DNA of 64,000 nucleotides from an uncultured Chthonomonadaceae bacterium. Its GTDB lineage: Bacteria; Armatimonadota; Chthonomonadetes; Chthonomonadales; Chthonomonadaceae. Below the pieces are notes generated by a model that saw only the letters and a list, made by a program, of their open reading frames with translations, was not told where the DNA came from and did not search any database. The stretch's first letter is position 1, and the number at the start of each line of letters is the position of its first letter. The stretch spans positions 64,001-128,000 of the forward strand of contig CAWIEK010000049.1 of the NCBI GenBank assembly GCA_963835065.1, given 5' to 3'. Position numbers and translations under genes: made by a program. Positions 43,530-53,452 of this stretch are shown here, piece by piece.

Positions 43530-43952
43530 ATGCCTGCCAATGATATTTACCATGACGCCTGTGTTCGTGCTCTGCAAAAGGACGGCTGGACGATCACGCA
43601 CAACCCGCTGACCATCACTGTCGGCAGACGAGACCTGCTTATAGACTTGGGCGCAGAGCGGATGCTGGCGGCAGAGCGCGAGAGCAGGCGTATCGCCGTA
43701 GAAATCAAGAGTTTCGTTAAACTATCGCCCGTTCAGGACTTGAAGGAAGCGCTTGGACAGTTTGTCCTCTATGAGGACGCTCTCGCTCGTTCCGAAAATC
43801 AGTCCGACCGCGTTCTGTATATGGCAATTCGTGAGGAAATCTATGATGATCTCTTTATGGAGCCGATTGGACAGATGCTGTTGGATAACAGGCGATTGCG
43901 TCTGATTGTTTTCGATGAAAATGAGGAGGTTCTTGTACGATGGATACCCTAG
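43530..43952 (+). CDS. xisH: XisH-family protein
   Basis: MPANDIYHD..ALQKDGWTIT..DLGAE..IAVEIKSF..ALGQF..DRVLY. Confidence 0.93.
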   Translation: MPANDIYHDACVRALQKDGWTITHNPLTITVGRRDLLIDLGAERMLAAERESRRIAVEIKSFVKLSPVQDLKEALGQFVLYEDALARSENQSDRVLYMAIREEIYDDLFMEPIGQMLLDNRRLRLIVFDENEEVLVRWIP

Positions 43953-44251
43953 CGCATTATCGTCAAATCATCCGCGAACGGCTGCTTCCGCTTGTAGAAC
44001 GGCGCTATGCCAACGCTGACATTACCAACGAGGCGGTATTCGATGAAGTCAATGACCGTTATCTGATTATGTCCGTTGGCTGTCAGGGGCGCTGCAAACG
44101 AGTACACGGCTGCTTGGCGCAACTCCAAGCGGGATATCATCATAACGGCTGTACGAATCCAGTCGTTCGCCACTTTCCAGCGCCTGACGGCACCTTATCA
44201 ACGGCGTCCGTACGAATCGCTGGAAGCAGCGCATCATCCCGCTCTGAGTAG
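43940..44251 (+). pseudogene. xisI: XisI-family gene, internally deleted or degenerate
   Basis: MDTLAHYRQII...FDEVNDRYLIMSVG..RVHG, then the usual central segment is missing; a tail-like remnant (KRDIII..PYQRRPY) lies in another frame. Confidence 0.7.
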
Positions 44252-44334
44252 CTCATCCGACATTCCTCCCTGCCTCTAATGCCGCTCTTCCTGATTGGTC
44301 AGGACAAGGCCGTAGGCTCAATTCCAGTGTTTCT

Positions 44335-45162
44335 TTACGCGCCCACTGCGGAATACTGCTTGATGCCGCTTGCCCACAGCAGGCGAAAGACAACAATGCC
44401 GATCACAAGCCAGACCACTTGCAGCGCGAAGCCGGGCAGAATTTGCGCAGACGGAACCCTGCCGAGCGCGAGTTCGACGGGAAACGCGCCCATGCCCCGA
44501 AACGGCGAGTAGATTGCCAGTACGCCTAACCATCCGGGCATCAAACTCAGGGGCGCAATGCGCCCCGACAGAAAACTGTCCAGCGTGAAATACAGTTGGT
44601 TGAGCGCTTCCACGCGGGTTGTCCAGAACGCGACGACGGCAAGGCTGTACTGCCACACATAGCGCATGATGCCGGCCAGCAGCAGGGCAGGTATGGACAG
44701 CAGCAGTCCCCACCCATTGTGCGGCAATGTGGGCTTGAACAAAAAGAACAGCAATGCCCACACCGGCAGCAGCATCACGCTGGTACACAACTTGAACGCG
44801 ATGTTGAACGCCACATCCGTATGAATGGGGTGCATCGGCTTGAGCAGGCGCGGCGACAGGTTGCCGTCCTTCACGCGGTACGCGAACTCAAAGGCGTCCC
44901 ACGACATTGTAAGATGCCCGAAAATCATAAATACGAGGAAATACGCGGCAAAGTCCGCCCGTCCATACGCCACGCCATTCGCGGCGTTCTGCACGGCCCC
45001 GCCCCGCGAAGCCGAAGCCGCTGACCAGACGGCCAGCGAAATCAACGGCCCCACAAAGCCCCATACCGCCCATATCAAAATGGCAAAGCGGTATTGCAGC
45101 ATGTTGGCAATCGCCATTTTCAGATTAGCGCGGTACACACTCAGCCAGTAACTCACCCGCAT
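44335..45162 (-). CDS. ABC-2 family (DUF990-type) permease
   Basis: LQYRF, VKDGNLSPRLLKP, FLSGRIAPL, YSAVGA. Confidence 0.9.
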   Translation of the reverse strand: MRVSYWLSVYRANLKMAIANMLQYRFAILIWAVWGFVGPLISLAVWSAASASRGGAVQNAANGVAYGRADFAAYFLVFMIFGHLTMSWDAFEFAYRVKDGNLSPRLLKPMHPIHTDVAFNIAFKLCTSVMLLPVWALLFFLFKPTLPHNGWGLLLSIPALLLAGIMRYVWQYSLAVVAFWTTRVEALNQLYFTLDSFLSGRIAPLSLMPGWLGVLAIYSPFRGMGAFPVELALGRVPSAQILPGFALQVVWLVIGIVVFRLLWASGIKQYSAVGA

Positions 45163-45201
45163 CGCTCCTGTAGATAAAAGAAACAACAGACGTGAACGTC
45201 G

Positions 45202-45584
45202 TTACGCTTTTTTGGCGGCGCGTTTTTTGGGCGCGGGTAGGGTCAGGACGTAACGGACGCTTTTCTCCACCCAGGGCGTAAGTAATGCCGTGTCTTGCAG
45301 AAAACCGGCAGGAACTACCGCATACGACTTGCTGATGGGCGCATCCGGCTCGTATTGCAGCGGTTCTGCGCCTTCAATTTGCAGCAAGGCTTCCAATTCC
45401 GCTTGGGAAGTTTCAGCGCCAGCCCGCGATCCGACAGCGAGGCGAACATGCGTCCCTGCGCTTTGCCGCCGATGCCGCCGAACATGGCCTGAAACGTCAA
45501 TTCGGTGTCGGGGGCAAGGTTTTCCGCCGCCAGTTCCACGCGCTCCTGCAACATCGCCAGCCGCGCCCTCATTTCTTCTGTCAT
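45202..45584 (-). CDS. TfoX/Sxy N-terminal domain protein, frameshift near 45405
   Basis: AMFGGIG...MFA..LALKL; SKSYAVVP..W..KS. Confidence 0.8.
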
Positions 45585-45613
45585 TGTTTGTATCCTTCTG
45601 GTATTTGTGTCGT

Positions 45614-46606
45614 TTATACTTTCGCTTCCTGAAAAACCTGATCTATGATTGCTTCGATGGATGGGTTTTCTACCGTCAAATCCAGCACGGGCAGTTCCGC
45701 GAGCAGGCGGGCGACAACAGGGGAGGTGTCGGCGCGAGGCAGGCGCAGCGTTACTTTTACACCCTCCTGCTCGGTCACTTCCCCATACTGCCCGGCGCGT
45801 TTGGCGCTGGCTTCATCCCCGACTTCCAGGCGCACGAGTTTGAACGGCGCAATTTTGTCGGTCAGGTCGGCTAATGCCCCGTCGTAAAGTAACGTGCCCT
45901 TGTGAATAACAATCACGCGCTTGCACAGGGCGGTAACATCGGCCATGTAGTGCGACGTGAGCAGAATCGTGGCTCCATGCTTCTCGTTGTGCGATTGGAT
46001 GAACTGCCGGATACGCCCCTGCATGGTCACGTCTACTCCAATCGTCGGCTCGTCCAGAAACAGGACTTGCGGACGGTGCAGCAGGGCGGCGCACAACTCG
46101 CACTTCATGCGCTCGCCCAACGACAATCCGCGCACCGGCTTTTTAATCAGGTCTTTCAGATCGAGCAGCGTCACGAGTTCGTCCAGTGTTTCCTCAAACT
46201 GCTTTGCCGGTATCTGGTAGATCGCCTGATTGACCAGAAACGAGTCCATTGCGGGAATATCCCACACCAGTTGGTTGCGGTTGCCCATGACCAGACTGAT
46301 GTTGCGAAGCAGGTCGGGCGAACGCTTCCACGGCACATGCCCCAAAACCCGCGCTTCGCCGCCGGTTGGATGCAGCAATCCCGCCAGCATTTTCAGCGTC
46401 GTGGTTTTGCCCGCGCCGTTCGGTCCCAAAAACCCGACGACTTCACCGGGACATACGGTAAACGACACGCCCTCCACCGCCTTGACTTCCTTGTATTTGC
46501 GCCGAAACAGGCTTTGCACGGACGCTTTTGTCCCGGCTTCGCGCTCATGGACGCGATACGTTTTTTGCAGGTTTTCCAGTTGGATTTGTGGATTGTTCAT
46601 CGGCAT
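45614..46606 (-). CDS. ABC transporter ATP-binding protein
   Basis: GPNGAGKTT, LSLGERM, LFLDEPTIG, TSH. Confidence 0.96.
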   Translation of the reverse strand: MPMNNPQIQLENLQKTYRVHEREAGTKASVQSLFRRKYKEVKAVEGVSFTVCPGEVVGFLGPNGAGKTTTLKMLAGLLHPTGGEARVLGHVPWKRSPDLLRNISLVMGNRNQLVWDIPAMDSFLVNQAIYQIPAKQFEETLDELVTLLDLKDLIKKPVRGLSLGERMKCELCAALLHRPQVLFLDEPTIGVDVTMQGRIRQFIQSHNEKHGATILLTSHYMADVTALCKRVIVIHKGTLLYDGALADLTDKIAPFKLVRLEVGDEASAKRAGQYGEVTEQEGVKVTLRLPRADTSPVVARLLAELPVLDLTVENPSIEAIIDQVFQEAKV

Positions 46607-46699
46607 AGGAGGAAACACTATTCTCCGGGAGCATTGTTCTCATGGTTCAAATGTGGAAAACGCCCGGAACACGCGCATAGCGAATATATCTGCCTGCTT

Positions 46700-46727
46700 A
46701 TTCGACAGGCCTTTACCGCTTTCCTGC
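46700..46727 (-). promoter_or_regulatory. SigH-like promoter GCAGGA-N14-TGTCGAAT
   Basis: Resembles Bacillus SigH consensus (AGGA..GAAT); ~95 bp upstream of the ABC ATPase. Confidence 0.5.
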
Positions 46728-47006
46728 CGAAAAGCAAAAAATATACGTCACTTTTTGATGACTAAATTTATCTGCTTGAATAGGAAGGATAGCCGCGAAT
46801 GAACGCGAATAAACGCGAATGGAGTTCTTGTTTCCAGACGATTGGAGCCACCTCGCGTATAGTATTCCTACATACATGAACCTGATCATGTGAAATAGGA
46901 TACAGCCGAATTAGAAATTGGAGGTTATAATTTTGGATAAGCGGCAGGGGAGGATGCTCTAATCTGTCTGCAATGTCGTTGGTTCGGGGCGATTTGCACA
47001 GGAGTT

Positions 47007-47774
47007 GTGATGAACTATTTTGGCAATTGTGCCGCGCTGCTTGCGGCTTCCATTTGCGGCACATTGGCTTTGCTGTTTGTGGCGCGGCGGCTTCCCGTTG
47101 CCAACAAAGTGCGCGGCAACAATGACATCGTGGGCGTCTACTTCACCATCATTGGAACGGTTTACGCCATCATTTTGGCCTTCATGCTTGCCAGCGTGTG
47201 GACGCGCTTCGATCAGGCGCGTTCCCAGGCCGAGCAGGAAGCCGCCACCCTCGTCAACATCTACCGCTTATCCGACGGCCTGCCGGAAGCCAATCGCATT
47301 CCCTTACAGAAAGCCGTTCGAGATTATGCGGAAAATGTCATCCACCAGGAATGGCCGAGGATGCGCAGCGCTCAGTCCAGCCCGGAAATAAACGACCTGC
47401 ATCATCAACTCTGGCGTCTCACGCAGGCTATTGACCCGAAGACAAACCGCGATACCAACATTCATGCGCAGATGCTCCAGCAGTTGACCACGCTCGCCAC
47501 CCTGCGCCGCCTGCGCCTGCTTGCAAGCGACGGCGGCCTGCCGGACATTCTCTGGTTTGTGCTGATTGCGGGAGCCGCGCTGCTCGTCGGCATGACTGCC
47601 CTGTTCGGCGAAGAAACCTACGCCCACCACAGTTTCAAAGCCGTTCTGCTCACCACCACGCTCGTCCTCATCCTCTACGCCACGTGGGAAATAGATGGCC
47701 CCTTTTCCGGCAACATCACCGTCTCGCCCAAAGCCTTTGAGGAAGCGGTAAAGGTGTGCGATGAAATGAAGTAG
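47007..47774 (+). CDS. DUF4239-type membrane protein
   Basis: NDIVG..IGTVYAIILAF..VW, EAA.L, YAENVI..EWP.M, RR.RL, PFSG. Confidence 0.8.
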   Translation: MMNYFGNCAALLAASICGTLALLFVARRLPVANKVRGNNDIVGVYFTIIGTVYAIILAFMLASVWTRFDQARSQAEQEAATLVNIYRLSDGLPEANRIPLQKAVRDYAENVIHQEWPRMRSAQSSPEINDLHHQLWRLTQAIDPKTNRDTNIHAQMLQQLTTLATLRRLRLLASDGGLPDILWFVLIAGAALLVGMTALFGEETYAHHSFKAVLLTTTLVLILYATWEIDGPFSGNITVSPKAFEEAVKVCDEMK

Positions 47775-47787
47775 TAGGTGTCGGTGT

Positions 47788-48326
47788 TTAGGCATTCAGG
47801 TTAACCACCAAGACACAAAGTAAATATCCAGACCAGATGCGAAAAAGCCGGAAGGTTGTGTCAGGCGAGGCTACTTGCGGAAAGGAAGGAACCTGCGCAC
47901 CTTCGACCTGTGCAGGCGTGGAAGGATAAAACACGCGCTGACCGGCTGATTGGCGTATCAAGCGACGCACACGGTAAACTACTTCTTCCATATCCGCCGA
48001 CGAGCGAACCAAATCAATCGCCGCAATCTTCGTCAGACGCTGTAGAAACTGCGCCTCCTTAAAATCTACAACAACCAGCATCGGCAGCGAAGGCCGTTGC
48101 CGATTCAGTGCCTGAACCAGTTCAAGCGTGTCGGCATCGAAGCGCGTACAATCCCATAATACCACGTCTGGTTCGATGCGCTGTAGGGTTGTTGCCTGCG
48201 TATGCCGTACCCACGCTGTAGGCCGATAGTCAACATGAGCCTCCTGACAAAACTCCTCCAGCCCCTGCGCCCATCCTACATTATCGTCTACAACCATGAT
48301 TTAAGTGTTTTCGCTGCCTTCGCCAT
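47788..48326 (-). CDS. Atypical response-regulator receiver domain protein (5' frameshift near 48300)
   Basis: MAKAAKTLK/IMVVDD, PDVVLWD, LPMLVV. Confidence 0.6.
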
Positions 48327-48471
48327 CCTCTTTCACTGACTTGGTTTTTTCTTATTCTACGGTGTTCTACCATAAATCGAGCAGCAAAATTCCTCTCCTG
48401 ACAGGAGCGAATTGCCGGGAGAGGAATCTGGAATGAGGCGCATTGATGATCGCAAACTTACGAACAACAAA

Positions 48472-49317
48472 CTACGGCCAAGGGAATGTGTCGCAGATGT
48501 TGCGGTCGGGGATGGGGTGATTGGGGTCGGTGTTGTCGGCGATGCCCGTGTTGGCGCAATCTGCATTGCCGTTGTCGCACATATCTGGGAAGAAGGGATA
48601 AGCGTTGATGAGTTTGCAGCCGGTCAGGTTCTTGCTTGTGCCGATGCTCTGGCCTTTCAGCCATTTGGCGTGGCCGTCGAAAAAGGTGGAATTCGAGCCT
48701 TCCAGATGCCGGTCGCCTGCAATACTCATCCGGTGGTACGTGGGGTAGTAATCGAAGTCGCCGTTGAATGGCTCAATCCAGCTATCCGTAATCGCTGTCG
48801 GAGTCGCGCCCGCCGTGACATCCCACTTGTCCGTCAGAATGATGGTTTCCGCAGGAAACTCTATTTGTGGCAGCGACAGGCCTTCCGCCGCGCGAATGGC
48901 AATGTACGAGCGTTTGATGGTTTTGGCGTTGTTCAGGTCGAGACTGAGCGCGGGCGAGGGGTCGCTCGGACACACCAATACCTGCAAGTTCTTCAAATAC
49001 GGCTGCAAGGCGTTCCACCACAAAGCGCGGTCATAATCGGCAGTGTCGCCCGCAGGGAACGCGGCTCCCGTGCGCGACAGCGTAGGCTTGCCCGGACTAT
49101 TGGCGCGAAAGAACAACTGCTCGTCATTGTCCTGCACGTACATCTGCGTGGCCGTGCCCATCTGCTTCTCGTTGGAAAGGCAGGTAATGGAACGCGCTTT
49201 TTCCCGCGCCTGCGCAAACACGGGAAACAGAATAGCCGCGAGAATCGCGACAATGGCGATCACGACGAGCAGTTCAATGAGCGTAAAAGCGCAAACATGA
49301 TTCCGATAAGAGCGCAT
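48472..49317 (-). CDS. Prepilin-type N-terminal methylation domain protein (DUF1559, H-X9-DG)
   Basis: [53 protein letters not shown]. Confidence 0.93.
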   Translation of the reverse strand: MRSYRNHVCAFTLIELLVVIAIVAILAAILFPVFAQAREKARSITCLSNEKQMGTATQMYVQDNDEQLFFRANSPGKPTLSRTGAAFPAGDTADYDRALWWNALQPYLKNLQVLVCPSDPSPALSLDLNNAKTIKRSYIAIRAAEGLSLPQIEFPAETIILTDKWDVTAGATPTAITDSWIEPFNGDFDYYPTYHRMSIAGDRHLEGSNSTFFDGHAKWLKGQSIGTSKNLTGCKLINAYPFFPDMCDNGNADCANTGIADNTDPNHPIPDRNICDTFPWP

Positions 49318-49587
49318 GTCCTTTTTCCTCCACATAACTGAGAACATATTCCAACAGGTCCCAACAGGCGCGGCATTTGCGTTCGCAGGACGCTTGTACT
49401 TTCCTGCCGGGTACTTTCAGTACCCGGCCTAACCCGATAGGCTCACGAGAAACAAAAAGAGCCGAACAAGCCGAAAAAACCGAAACCTTTGCCCCACACA
49501 GCCGTCTAAACAGTAGAATAACGTCTACACAGTGACGAAGGCTGAAAGTTCGAGTTCCTATCAACTATCAACTATCAACTACTTACT

Positions 49588-49735
49588 CAGGAAGGGAGGT
49601 GCCAGTCCTATGTTCCCCTTCTCCCGTCCGCCCTGACGCTGCTGAGGTCACGACGCCTCACTCCTACAACCAGACACAACGAGACATCGGGCTGGAAGCG
49701 CTGCATTGCCAAGATTTCGACGCTGCCTCTACATA
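49588..49735. repeat. Dispersed ~150-bp element, copy B
   Basis: Same orientation as 8520-8668; preceded by (TATCAAC)3. Confidence 0.9.
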
Positions 49736-49797
49736 TCATTTTTTCATCCTTCATCCTTTGCTTCCCGCCTGTTCGGGAAGGGATAGAGTTACAGTTC

Positions 49798-52700
49798 CTA
49801 ATCATCATCGTCGCGGGGCGCGGGGCCTTTGACGACATTGCAGGCGAGGGTGTACAGATGCGCCTGTGTCGCCTTGTACTGCGGGGCGTTGAGGTGGTGC
49901 TTGACGGCGGCGGCTTTGTGCAGGTCGTCGGCCTTCATGCTCAGGCGGGTGATGACGCCCAGGCGGTGGCTGTCACGATCCGGGCCGCTCAGGTCGAGGT
50001 TCTTCACCAGCGCCCAGATACGATGCCCTTCTGTCGTGGGCGTGTATTTCGCGATCCGCGTGAACTGGCTGCTATCGAGCGTGATGCCGTTGTAGGTCGG
50101 CTGGAACATATCGCGCATATCCGTTGCGAACAGGTCGCCCAGGTTGTTGGGCGGCAGGCCGAGCAGCAGTTCCTCCGTTTTCACGATAGAAGCCGTGCTG
50201 TAGTGCTGTTTCGCCAGGTAGCCCGGCTTGGCGTAGGGGCTGACAATGACAACCGGAGTCCGATGCTGATGGATGTGATCCAGCGTGGATTGCGCGTCGT
50301 CTACCGAAAAGATGATCGCGCTGCCCGTGCCATCGCCGCCTGTATCGGGATTGCTGTAGTACACGGAACTGTGCATAATGTGCTGAATAATCATGCCAAC
50401 CGCCACGTCGCCATCCGCCACTTGCTGCGGGGCCGTCGGTGACGCGATATTCGCAGCGCGCGTTCCCCCCGTATGCATATTGGGCACATAAATGTACAGG
50501 AATTGCGGCAATGTACCCGCCGCATTCATGCGGTCAAAATCCGCAATAAACTCGTTGGCGCGGCGCTGATCGGAAATGTTGAAGTTGTAGCCAGGGTAGC
50601 TTTGATCCAGGCGCGGCTCGCCGCTCCGATTGGTGGTTCCCACAACCGCCAGGCCGGGGTACGCCATGAAGAAGGACTGACCGACGCCATAAGGCCGCGC
50701 CTGCCCATTCGGACGATTGAACAGGGTATCCACGTCCCCCGCGTTCACAAGCGGATTAAAAATGGTCGGCGGGTTGTTGGTGGAAAGCGTGGGATAGCCC
50801 ATTTTACCGCTGGCCGGGTCGTTAAGCGTGGAGGGCGTACTGTCGCCCGTATCCGTGCCGATGATGCGGGCGGCTTCCAGGCCATACAGCTTGAAGTCAA
50901 CGCCGTTGCGGGCGGCATTATTATAAATGTAGCCGCTTTCGGGATAATCTTCCACATCAAAGTTTTTGTTGACCAACATGCCGCGCCCGCTTTTCACGAG
51001 CAGCGTTTTCTCCATGTAATCGGAGGCCGTTCCCGACGCGCAGAACTGATGGCCGGCATCCGACTCTTCTGAATCGGAGTAGTAGTTGACGCCGGTGGCG
51101 AAGGTTCGCGCCAGAATCTGGATGTTGGGCACAACGCCTGTAAACTGCGCGTTGGCGTGGATACCGCCATCGGGATTGTTGAACGTATTGCTTGCAAACG
51201 CGCCGAAGTGGGACTGGTTGCCTAAAAAAGAGTCGAACGTTTTGTTTTCGCCCAAAACAAAGAACACGTGCTTGATTTTGGCGGATGCACCCCCGCCTGC
51301 CGGCACGACGCTGGTATCCACGCTGTTGTGAAAGGCGAAGTTGTTGCCCAATACCGTCGTATTGTCAAGCGCAAGCGTGGTCAGGTCAATCTTCTGCGCC
51401 GTGCCGAAAATGTAGTTGCTGTCCGTAAACAACTCTACGCCCGTCGGGTTGTGCGTTCCGCTGACCGTCTTGGGATTGATGTCTTCGCCGATGCCTTTGG
51501 CGTTGATGACAAACAGGGTTTTGCCGTCCGCGCTGACGTTCACGCCCGTCGGATACCAGTCTGTTGGGATGCGTCCCAGCAGTTTCGGCTTTGTGGGGTT
51601 GCTCGTATCCAGTACGGCCACGCTGTTGATACCGGCTTCCGCGACATACGCGCGGGTGTTGTCCGGCGAAACCGCAATGGCGTTCGGGTACGCGCCATGC
51701 GCCTTATGCCGATCCCTCAGCGTGACGTTGACGGGAGCCAGGTTGAAGTCGCGCAGTCTGCGGCTGTTATTGACCACGATCAAGCCGATGCTGTCGTTGT
51801 TGGCCTTGCAGACATACAGGACTTCCTGCGTTCCCTTGCGCACAATGGCGGTTGCGCACGGGTGCGTATCGCCTACCAGATACAAAGGGTCAATGCCGAT
51901 GCGGTAGGCGGGATCGAAGCCGCCGGGCTGTCCCTGATAAACCGCGCCCAACAGAGTGGCATTCGCCGGATTGCCGCCGGGAATGGAAACGATGGAAATG
52001 GACGAGGTTTTCGGATTGGAGCCGGTCGCGCTGATGGGCGGCACGTAAAACCCGTCCGGCAGGTTCGGGATGCCAAGCGTATTAATAGGGTTGAGCGCAG
52101 TCAGGTCGCCATTACTGTCATAAGTCACATTGCCGAACTTGTACTCCGTTACGCCCCAGTTGGAAACCAGCACCTTGCTGCCGTCGCGGCTGACCGACAC
52201 GCCATACGGAAAATAGCCGACGGGAACCTGCTTGACAACCGTGTTCAGCGAGGTATCAATCACGGCCAGGCTGTTGTCGCCGTTGCAGGCGACATACAGA
52301 TAGCGCCCATCCGGGCTGAGGGCGGAACCGGCGGGAAAGGTGATCTTCGCGCCGCCCGTACTGTATCCGGCGGGACGGTAAATGACGGACGAGCCTACAG
52401 GAAAACTGGCCTGCGAACCGGGCGCAACCGTGTAGTTGGACACGTAATTCTGGTTTTTGGGCAGGATAGGTAAAATCGTGATGGCAGCGCCCCCGCTGAT
52501 AATACCGGCAGGGGAAATACTGAACGTCTTCACGCTTTGGCTTGGCCCGGCGGAAGCGTACAGCGCGTAGGGGCCATTGCCTTTCACCTGCAAGCCAATG
52601 TAAACCGGGCCGGCAGTGGCGATTTGCGACACAACAGTCATATCCGAAGTCCGCAGTACGGACAAGGAGTAGCCGCCGATATTGATGGCGCTTTGCAGCG

Positions 52701-53079
52701 AGGCCATGCCGCTGCCGCGCTCATCATCGTTGCTGGTAATCAGGTACTTGCCGTCCGGCGTCAAAATGGAGCCAAGTGGGTTCATGCCAATCTGCACAGT
52801 TTGTCCTGTCGGCGTCACCTTGCGGCCATTAGGCAAAATTCCGGCAAAGTAGCTTCCCAACTTGTTCGGACCGGCAAACAGTTCCGCGCCCGCGTACACG
52901 CCCGCCTCAGACGTGCCGGCAAGCGGCGTCGTGACCTGCCCCCAGTTTGTGGCATTAATCGTCTGCGCCTGCGCAAAGGCAACTGCCAGCGTAAGAGAAG
53001 TGGCTACGCCTGCGCAAGCCAGCCCCCTCAGCAAACGAGAATCCGCCGCAAGCAATGGCGTTCGACGTGGATATTTCAT
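49798..53079 (-). CDS. Secreted YncE/YVTN beta-propeller + phosphoesterase (alkaline phosphatase superfamily)
   Basis: Signal peptide; SPDG/VGYFPYG blades; IKHVFFVLGENKTFD, SDAGH, DDAQ..DH..HR, SPYAK. Confidence 0.88.
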   Translation of the reverse strand: MKYPRRTPLLAADSRLLRGLACAGVATSLTLAVAFAQAQTINATNWGQVTTPLAGTSEAGVYAGAELFAGPNKLGSYFAGILPNGRKVTPTGQTVQIGMNPLGSILTPDGKYLITSNDDERGSGMASLQSAINIGGYSLSVLRTSDMTVVSQIATAGPVYIGLQVKGNGPYALYASAGPSQSVKTFSISPAGIISGGAAITILPILPKNQNYVSNYTVAPGSQASFPVGSSVIYRPAGYSTGGAKITFPAGSALSPDGRYLYVACNGDNSLAVIDTSLNTVVKQVPVGYFPYGVSVSRDGSKVLVSNWGVTEYKFGNVTYDSNGDLTALNPINTLGIPNLPDGFYVPPISATGSNPKTSSISIVSIPGGNPANATLLGAVYQGQPGGFDPAYRIGIDPLYLVGDTHPCATAIVRKGTQEVLYVCKANNDSIGLIVVNNSRRLRDFNLAPVNVTLRDRHKAHGAYPNAIAVSPDNTRAYVAEAGINSVAVLDTSNPTKPKLLGRIPTDWYPTGVNVSADGKTLFVINAKGIGEDINPKTVSGTHNPTGVELFTDSNYIFGTAQKIDLTTLALDNTTVLGNNFAFHNSVDTSVVPAGGGASAKIKHVFFVLGENKTFDSFLGNQSHFGAFASNTFNNPDGGIHANAQFTGVVPNIQILARTFATGVNYYSDSEESDAGHQFCASGTASDYMEKTLLVKSGRGMLVNKNFDVEDYPESGYIYNNAARNGVDFKLYGLEAARIIGTDTGDSTPSTLNDPASGKMGYPTLSTNNPPTIFNPLVNAGDVDTLFNRPNGQARPYGVGQSFFMAYPGLAVVGTTNRSGEPRLDQSYPGYNFNISDQRRANEFIADFDRMNAAGTLPQFLYIYVPNMHTGGTRAANIASPTAPQQVADGDVAVGMIIQHIMHSSVYYSNPDTGGDGTGSAIIFSVDDAQSTLDHIHQHRTPVVIVSPYAKPGYLAKQHYSTASIVKTEELLLGLPPNNLGDLFATDMRDMFQPTYNGITLDSSQFTRIAKYTPTTEGHRIWALVKNLDLSGPDRDSHRLGVITRLSMKADDLHKAAAVKHHLNAPQYKATQAHLYTLACNVVKGPAPRDDDD

Positions 53080-53264
53080 CGCGATTGGTTTCTCCTTCTT
53101 CGGAAGTAAAGTTTTTAAGGGTGTTAGGGTTCTATGGTTTTAGGTGTTTGGTATTCAGACTTCCTATATTCCGTATTCCTGAATTCCGTCTTCCAACTTC
53201 TGCCTTCTAGCCCGTCTCTGCTTACCACTTCTCTAATAAGTGTACCTGTTGTAGCATTTTTGTT

Positions 53265-53303
53265 GTTAAGCGGGCATTAAGATGAGGTTAAATTGATGTT
53301 GAA
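53265..53303 (-). promoter_or_regulatory. Pho-box-like array (four YTTAAY-like units, 11-bp period)
   Basis: Minus strand TTCAAC-N5-TTTAAC-N5-CTTAAT-N5-CTTAAC, followed by TGCTACAAC, upstream of the phosphoesterase. Confidence 0.65.
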
Positions 53304-53355
53304 GCAGGCGCGAAGACGAAAGTCTCGCATTTTCAGGCGCTGAATTTTCCGCAGG

Positions 53356-53383
53356 GCAGGAAATTGCCCTTGCCGCGTGGAAA
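53356..53383 (+). promoter_or_regulatory. SigH/ECF-like promoter motif GCAGGA-N14-CGTGGAAA
   Basis: 70 bp upstream of the ThuA-like gene; matches 13933-13959. Confidence 0.45.
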
Positions 53384-53452
53384 CATTCAGGCATCGGCAG
53401 AACGCAAATTTACGTTCTTGCGCGGCGAATTATCTACCTTCAGGAGAACACG

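Noticed and set aside
53296..53430. Riboswitch upstream of the ThuA-like gene
   Set aside because: Small hairpins exist, but I could not match a known aptamer consensus; promoter motifs explain the region
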